20,000 nt of DNA, from sequence record DRR723986_9380; one strand, written 5' to 3'. The translations under genes were made by a program, and so were the position numbers. A model generated the notes under the pieces. That model was given only the letters and a program-made list of their open reading frames with translations, was not told the origin of the DNA and did not search any database. Of the stretch, positions 9,753 through 15,849 are shown piece after piece. The first letter of the stretch is position 1. Every line of letters starts with the position of its first letter.

Positions 9753-10499
9753 ATGGGAAGAGCTTTTGAATTTAGAAAAGCAAGAAAAATGAAACGTTGG
9801 TCCGCCATGAGCAAGGCCTTTACCAGAATAGGTAAAGATATTGTAATGGCTGTAAAAGAAGGAGGACCAGACCCAGATAGTAACTCTCGCCTTAGAGCTG
9901 TAATACAGAATGCTAAGTCAGTAAACATGCCTAAGGATAATATTGAGCGTGCTATAAAACGTGCCAGTGATAAAAATCAGGGAGATTACAAAGAAGTCCT
10001 TTTTGAAGGTTATGCGCAACATGGAATAGCCATTCTTATAGAAACAGCTACAGATAATAATACTCGCACTGTGGCTAATGTACGATCGTATTTTAATAAG
10101 TGCGATGGTAGTTTAGGTACACAAGGCTCAGTTGTTTTTATGTTTGATCACACCTGTAATTTTAAAATTAAAGGAGACGATTTAGATCTTGAAGAATTAG
10201 AGTTAGAATTAATAGATTTTGGTGTTGAAGAAATCTTTGAAGATACCGACGAAGATGCTGACGGTAATGAGCATAACAGTGTAATGATTTATGCACCTTT
10301 TGAAAGTTTTGGCAGCATACAGTCGTATTTAGAAGAAAATAATATTGAGATTATTTCTTCTGGTTTTGAGCGTATTCCACAAGTCACAAAAAAGCTAACA
10401 GCAGAAAAAATGGAAGATGTAGAAAAGCTTATAGAAAAGCTAGAGGAAGATGATGATGTGCAAAACGTTTATCATACTATGGAAGAAACCACTGAATAA
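9753..10499 (+). CDS. yebC: YebC/PmpR (TACO1) family protein
   Basis: GGPDPDSNSRLR, NMPKDNIERAIK, FEGY, TDNNTRT and LEEDDDVQNVYH motifs. Confidence 0.96.
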   Translation: MGRAFEFRKARKMKRWSAMSKAFTRIGKDIVMAVKEGGPDPDSNSRLRAVIQNAKSVNMPKDNIERAIKRASDKNQGDYKEVLFEGYAQHGIAILIETATDNNTRTVANVRSYFNKCDGSLGTQGSVVFMFDHTCNFKIKGDDLDLEELELELIDFGVEEIFEDTDEDADGNEHNSVMIYAPFESFGSIQSYLEENNIEIISSGFERIPQVTKKLTAEKMEDVEKLIEKLEEDDDVQNVYHTMEETTE

Positions 10500-10522
10500 C
10501 ACTATTAAAAATATATATTTCT

Positions 10523-10549
10523 AAAGAGGGTTTCTGCCCTCTTTTTTTT
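10523..10549 (+). terminator. Intrinsic terminator after yebC
   Basis: AAAGAGGG-tttctg-CCCTCTTT hairpin followed by a T-run. Confidence 0.88.
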
Positions 10550-10718
10550 AGCCTTAATTAGCTTAACACTATAAGGACAAATTGAGAATGTTAAAAAATA
10601 TATTGAGAAATAGTAATAATTTTATAGAGCCGATAATAACGTTGAGTAATACTACATATAATTCATTGCTAGTACTCGCCTACTCACAAAAACCCATACG
10701 GATTTTCTATACGATTTC

Positions 10719-10746
10719 TATCCTGAATTGATCAACATTCAGGATA
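10719..10746. repeat. Perfect 10-bp inverted repeat upstream of sulP
   Basis: TATCCTGAAT (10719-10728), 8-nt spacer, ATTCAGGATA (10737-10746). Confidence 0.8.
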
Positions 10747-10889
10747 AGAAGACTACTCAAATCCATAGAAGAATTGTCCAATTTTATTAATGAAGTCTTA
10801 GAAAATAAATTACTAAGCACAACAACGTATATAATTCCATATATTTACTTTTTATAGTTTAAGTTATAACCCATTTGATTATTACATAA

Positions 10890-13121
10890 TTGGAAAACAT
10901 TCCCAAAACAGGTTTTAAAGGATTAATTGAAAATTGGCAAAGCGATTTAATCGCTGCAGTGAGTGTAGCGCTTATTGCCTTACCACTTTCATTAGGTATT
11001 GCGTTAGCTGCCGGAGCACCTGCAATGGCTGGTATCTTCTCTGCGGTTATTGGTGGTGTGGTTACAACACTTTATCGTGGTGGACACATTTCAGTAAACG
11101 GACCTGCCAAAGGAGTCATTGGAGTTATTCTGTTAGGTATTGCCATAATGGACGATGGTACTGGGCAAGCCTTTAATTATGTATTGGCTGCAGTAGTGGT
11201 GTCTGGAGCCTTACAAATGTTACTCGGTATTTTAAAACTGGGGAGATTAGCGGATATCTTTCATAGTACTATAATCCATGGCATATTAGCAGCTATTGGA
11301 ATTATCATTTTTGCCAAGCAGATCCATGTGGCCATGGGTACCCATTCTGATAGTCCCAGCATTATTCAAAACCTCATTGATGCCGTTTTATTTATACCTC
11401 AAGCAAATCCATTTGTTGTCATAATAGCTTTAGCTGGCTTACTTTTATTACTGTTTCATTCAAAAATTAGTAATCGATTTTTTCATATTTTACCAGCGCC
11501 AATGTGGGTTATCGCCCTTTCTATACCTCTGGTTTATGCCTTTAATTTTTTCGATCCACATTCACTTTCATTCTTTGGGAAAACTTATGAAGTTGGACCA
11601 AATTTACTATTAGATATTCCTGATACAATTTTGGATTCCATTATGCATCCCAACTTCGGAAAAATTAATACCATAGAATTCTGGACGACCGTATTTTCCA
11701 TCTTAATTATAACGAGCATAGAGTCTTTAGCAATTGCAAAAGCGGTAGATAAAATTGATCCATACCGACGAAAAACTGATTTAAATAAGGATTTAACTGG
11801 TATAGGTTTTAGTACCATGATTGCTGGTTTAATTGGTGGTTTGCCAATAATAGCCGTAATTATTAGAAGTACTGTGAATATTCATAATGGAGCTAAAACC
11901 AAGTGGTCTAACATGTATCAAGGACTTTTGCTATTACTTTTTATTGTAGTGTTGAGTCCAATTATGAGACAAGTCCCGTTATGTGCTTTTGCAATTTTAC
12001 TGGTATATACTGGCTTTAAATTAGCATCGCCAGCCGTTTTTAAGCAAATTTATAATCAAGGTACAGAACAACTCGTCTTCTTTGTTGGCACTATGGTTTT
12101 GACGCTTTACACCAATTTGTTGGTTGGTTTAATGGGTGGATTATTATTAGCATTGATTATGCATATGCTATTGGCTAGAGTTAGTATTCCACAATTCTTT
12201 AAAATGGTGTACAAATCTCGCACAAAATTAATGCAAGGTCCAGATGGCAGTTTTGATTTAAAGATTAGAGGTATCGCTAACTTCTTAGGCATTTTAAAGG
12301 TAGATAAGCTCGTGGCCCAAATTCCAGATGGTGCTAATGTAAATATCGATTTATCAGATACAAGATTAGTAGGACTCACCTATATGGACTATCTGGTGGA
12401 ATACCTCAAAATTCAGAAAGCAACAGGAGGTGAAGTCTTTATAACTGGTCTAGACTCACATGTGTCTTCATCTACATACAATAGAGCTTTAAAATTGAGT
12501 TTAACAAATACAAATCTTAAATTATCGCAACGACAAAAACGATTACGAAATTTAGCGACTGAGAAAGACTATGAATTTTCGAGTCAAGTAGATTGGAATA
12601 CCATTTATTTAAAGAAATTCCACTTTTTTGAAATCAGACCAATTGAGCGCAAATATAATTGCCTTAAAGGATCATTTGTAGATTTAAATGTATCATGGGA
12701 AATTGCAGATATCACATTTAACGAAGGTCAGGCGTTTACAGCTGAAACATTCAATACAACCCTTATGGTCTTAAAATTAAACAGAAAAATACCTGTTTTT
12801 ACTATGGAAAAAGAGGCTGTATTAGACAAGTTATTTGATCGTGTTATGGCATTTACAGGCTATAAGGATATTGATTTTGAGATGTATCCAGACTTTTCTA
12901 AAAATTTTTTACTCATGGGTAATAATGAAGCGGAGATTCGTTCATTCTTTACCGATGACATTGTACGTTTCTTTGAAAATCAGCAGATTTATCATTTAGA
13001 GAGTAATGGAGAAGCACTAATTATATTCGATAAAATTAAATTAGCTCGTACCGATGAAACTATAGGGTTTATTAATTATGCTAAAGAATTGGCCAAGGTT
13101 TTAAATGCTAAAATGACTTAA
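10890..13121 (+). CDS. SulP/SLC26 family anion transporter with STAS domain and additional C-terminal soluble domain
   Basis: DLIAAVSVALIALPLSLGIALAAG, ISVNGP, SIESL and VIIRSTVNIHNGAKT motifs; a STAS-like segment (IRGIANFLG...IDLSDTRLV); then about 200 extra residues. TTG start. Confidence 0.92.
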   Translation: MENIPKTGFKGLIENWQSDLIAAVSVALIALPLSLGIALAAGAPAMAGIFSAVIGGVVTTLYRGGHISVNGPAKGVIGVILLGIAIMDDGTGQAFNYVLAAVVVSGALQMLLGILKLGRLADIFHSTIIHGILAAIGIIIFAKQIHVAMGTHSDSPSIIQNLIDAVLFIPQANPFVVIIALAGLLLLLFHSKISNRFFHILPAPMWVIALSIPLVYAFNFFDPHSLSFFGKTYEVGPNLLLDIPDTILDSIMHPNFGKINTIEFWTTVFSILIITSIESLAIAKAVDKIDPYRRKTDLNKDLTGIGFSTMIAGLIGGLPIIAVIIRSTVNIHNGAKTKWSNMYQGLLLLLFIVVLSPIMRQVPLCAFAILLVYTGFKLASPAVFKQIYNQGTEQLVFFVGTMVLTLYTNLLVGLMGGLLLALIMHMLLARVSIPQFFKMVYKSRTKLMQGPDGSFDLKIRGIANFLGILKVDKLVAQIPDGANVNIDLSDTRLVGLTYMDYLVEYLKIQKATGGEVFITGLDSHVSSSTYNRALKLSLTNTNLKLSQRQKRLRNLATEKDYEFSSQVDWNTIYLKKFHFFEIRPIERKYNCLKGSFVDLNVSWEIADITFNEGQAFTAETFNTTLMVLKLNRKIPVFTMEKEAVLDKLFDRVMAFTGYKDIDFEMYPDFSKNFLLMGNNEAEIRSFFTDDIVRFFENQQIYHLESNGEALIIFDKIKLARTDETIGFINYAKELAKVLNAKMT

Positions 13122-13296
13122 GTATTTAAAAAACTTTTGATTTCTGACTACCTCTATGTTAAAAACAATTATTTTAATAAGTCTTTAATTGTGCACATTG
13201 CTTTCTATTCAGATTGTATTTGTTAAATTAGATTTATAAACAAGCTACGTATTATAAACTTCACTTTAATAGGTTTTATTCACCAAAATATTTTTT

Positions 13297-13674
13297 ATGA
13301 AAGTCACTACCGAGAAAAACGAACAGGTTGCAAATATGGTTTTCGGATCAATATATCCGCACTACCTAAGTAGATTAGAGCGAAATGGAAGAACCAAGGA
13401 AGAACTCAACCAAGTAATTGAATGGTTTACGGGTTACGATTCTAAGACCTTGCAAAAGCTAATTGATGATAAAGTAACCTTCAAAACATTTTTTGATAAT
13501 GCCAAAATTCATCCAAAGGAACATTTAATAAAAGGAGTTGTATGTGGTTACAGAATTGAGGAAATAGAAGATGAATTTATATTGTATAAGCAATGTAGAC
13601 AAATGGAAAAGCTCATCGACGAACTAGCTAGAGGACGTAAAATGGAAAAAATACTGAGAGAAGAAAAGAAATAA
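13297..13674 (+). CDS. DUF2200 family protein
   Basis: FGSIYPHY...GRTKEELNQVIEWFTGY, IKGVVCGYRIEEIED and KLIDELARG are typical of DUF2200. Confidence 0.88.
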   Translation: MKVTTEKNEQVANMVFGSIYPHYLSRLERNGRTKEELNQVIEWFTGYDSKTLQKLIDDKVTFKTFFDNAKIHPKEHLIKGVVCGYRIEEIEDEFILYKQCRQMEKLIDELARGRKMEKILREEKK

Positions 13675-13753
13675 AAGTGTAGGTTTTTATTTATTTGATT
13701 TAAAGAGAAACATTTAAAATCATATATTGAATTTTACAAAATTAACTTCTAAT

Positions 13754-14239
13754 ATGACATTAACATCTATTATTTTCAATATTCAAGGTATCGGCTACAC
13801 ATCTCAATTAAGTATTGAACAAATTACATCAAAAATTGAAAGTATTTGTAAAGTTAAGTCTTCTGGTATATCTGGTAGATTTACTGAAAATACTGAATTT
13901 ACAGTTTTTGATACTATGAATGTTATTGGTTGGAGTATGCCAAATCTTAAGCGTAAATTAGCCTATGCATTTGGCAATTTAACACCTAATAGCAAGGGTA
14001 CAACAATATCATTGCGTATAAAGCCAAATTCAATGTTACCGCTTTTTGCAATTGTTGCCATGCTAGGTGGTTCCATTTTTACTTTAGTCGTACTTTCTAT
14101 GTCAAATGAGTCAACCTATTATCTGGTATTTGGCATAGGATTACTATTATTAGGAATTGCACATTACCCCATAAGTACCTGGTTGAGCAATAGACTTAGG
14201 AATAGGATTGAGAAATATTTAGAACTAACTCAAATTTAG
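13754..14239 (+). CDS. Hypothetical membrane protein (soluble N-terminal domain, two C-terminal TM helices)
   Basis: Open frame with hydrophobic segments LPLFAIVAMLGGSIFTLVVL and YYLVFGIGLLLLGIAHY and a basic tail. Start is uncertain (TTG at 13727 or ATG at 13754). Confidence 0.7.
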   Translation: MTLTSIIFNIQGIGYTSQLSIEQITSKIESICKVKSSGISGRFTENTEFTVFDTMNVIGWSMPNLKRKLAYAFGNLTPNSKGTTISLRIKPNSMLPLFAIVAMLGGSIFTLVVLSMSNESTYYLVFGIGLLLLGIAHYPISTWLSNRLRNRIEKYLELTQI

Positions 14240-14272
14240 TTGTAATAAAAATTCCAAAACCACATATCTAAA

Positions 14273-14623
14273 ATGCCTAAAACATTATACAGAATATATG
14301 TTGTTGAGCTGTCTAAACGTGTGTTTACTGAAAACAGAAAATTTAGAACTGCTAATCCTCAATTTAATGGTGTATTAGAATGTTTGTACGTAGGTATGAC
14401 AAGTAAGACTCCTAAAGAGCGTTTTGAACAGCACAAGTCTGGTTACAAAACAAAAAAAGGTTTTAAAATTTCATCAAGTATTGTAGAAAAATATGGTTTG
14501 TACTTAAGACCTAGTCTTTATAACCACATCGATCCATTTCTAACTAGAAAGGAAGCGTTGATAGCGGAAGAACAAATTGCACTTGAATTGAGGCGTGCTA
14601 AATACGCGGTATGGTATAATTAA
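14273..14623 (+). CDS. Stand-alone GIY-YIG superfamily nuclease-like protein
   Basis: RIYVVEL...LYVGMT...ERFEQHKSG...EALIAEEQ supply the two Tyr motifs, catalytic Arg/His and metal-binding Glu of the GIY-YIG fold. Confidence 0.75.
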   Translation: MPKTLYRIYVVELSKRVFTENRKFRTANPQFNGVLECLYVGMTSKTPKERFEQHKSGYKTKKGFKISSSIVEKYGLYLRPSLYNHIDPFLTRKEALIAEEQIALELRRAKYAVWYN

Positions 14624-15756
14624 ATGACTAAAAACTCTTTTAGTGTTTCATTGTATATTCTTTCATATTGAGGAACTATCTCATGAATATCAAACTTTAA
14701 AGATTGTGCTTTAGCATTTGCTTTAAATTTGGCTAATGTATCCGAATCCTTTAAAATTCTTAAAGCATTCTTAGTCATATCATTAACAGCATTAACATCA
14801 CTTAAATAACCAGAATAGCCATCTATGTTTACTTCTGGCAGACCGCCTGTATTTGTTGAGATTACCGGAACACTACTAGCCATTGCTTCTAATGCAGCCA
14901 ATCCAAAGCTTTCAGTTTGAGATGGTAGTAAAAACAGATCACTAAAACATAGAATTCTATCTATTTCATTACTATTACCAAAGAAAATAACCTTTTCAGA
15001 AATCCCTAGCTCTTCAACTAAATTTTCTGCATGTTCCTTTTCTGGTCCTTCACCAACCATCATTAATTTAGCTGGTAGTTCTTTCTGTACATTATAAAAC
15101 ACCTTAATAACATCTGGTATCTGTTTTACCTCTCTAAAATTACTGATATGTGTTATAATTCGTTCTTCGTCATTGGCCATCATAGCACGTTGACAATCTT
15201 TAAAATTATTAAGATGCTTATCTAAATCTATAAAATTTGGTACGACATGAATGTCTTTTTCAATATTAAATAAACGCATAGTATCTTTTCTTAAACTCTC
15301 AGAAACTGAAGTTACAGCATCAGATTTGTTTATACTAAAAGTTACTGCTGGTTTGTAAAAGGGATGACTACCTACTAAAGTAATATCTGTTCCGTGTAGT
15401 GTAGTAACAATTGGAACTAATATATCCTCGTCTAAAAGCATTTGTTGTGCCATATAGGCCGCATAGGCATGTGGTATGGCGTAGTGTACATGAAGTAGCT
15501 GTATTCCATGCAACTTAACCATATCGACTAATTTACTAGACAAAGCTAATTCGTAAGGTTGATAATGAAATAAAGGATATTCAGGTACATGTACTTCGTG
15601 AAAATGCACATTGTTGCTCAACAATTCTAATCGTACTGGTTGACCATATGAGATAAAGTGAATTTCATGACCACGTTTAGATAATTCTAATCCTAATTCT
15701 GTTGCAACTACTCCACTTCCTCCAAATGTTGGATAACAAACAATTCCTATTTTCAT
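14620..15756 (-). CDS. bshA: N-acetyl-alpha-D-glucosaminyl L-malate synthase (bacillithiol biosynthesis, GT4)
   Basis: MKIGIVCYPTFGGSGVVATELG, HVHYAIPHA, TTLHGTDITLVG, HISNFR and ESFGLAALEAMA motifs. Confidence 0.96.
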   Translation of the reverse strand: MKIGIVCYPTFGGSGVVATELGLELSKRGHEIHFISYGQPVRLELLSNNVHFHEVHVPEYPLFHYQPYELALSSKLVDMVKLHGIQLLHVHYAIPHAYAAYMAQQMLLDEDILVPIVTTLHGTDITLVGSHPFYKPAVTFSINKSDAVTSVSESLRKDTMRLFNIEKDIHVVPNFIDLDKHLNNFKDCQRAMMANDEERIITHISNFREVKQIPDVIKVFYNVQKELPAKLMMVGEGPEKEHAENLVEELGISEKVIFFGNSNEIDRILCFSDLFLLPSQTESFGLAALEAMASSVPVISTNTGGLPEVNIDGYSGYLSDVNAVNDMTKNALRILKDSDTLAKFKANAKAQSLKFDIHEIVPQYERIYNETLKEFLVI

Positions 15757-15849
15757 AAAACCTTTAAATGTCTTTGGTTAGCAATATGGTCTCAAGTTAT
15801 TGTAAATACTTACAACTTAGTCTTGTTTTAACGTATTCTTAGTAGAAAA

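Noticed and set aside
10588..10731. 47 aa ORF MLKNILRNSNNFIEPIITL... as a sulP leader peptide
   Set aside because: No recognisable features or biased amino acid runs, and ORFs of this size arise by chance. Its stop does fall in the hairpin loop, so ribosome profiling could reopen the question.
13156..13239. Signal-peptide-like micro-ORF MLKTIILISL*LCTLLSIQIVF
   Set aside because: Interrupted by a stop after 10 codons, and AT-rich DNA readily gives hydrophobic I/L/F runs.
14273..14623. Homing endonuclease or mobile element interpretation of the GIY-YIG gene
   Set aside because: No DNA-binding extension, intron or intein context, or terminal repeats.
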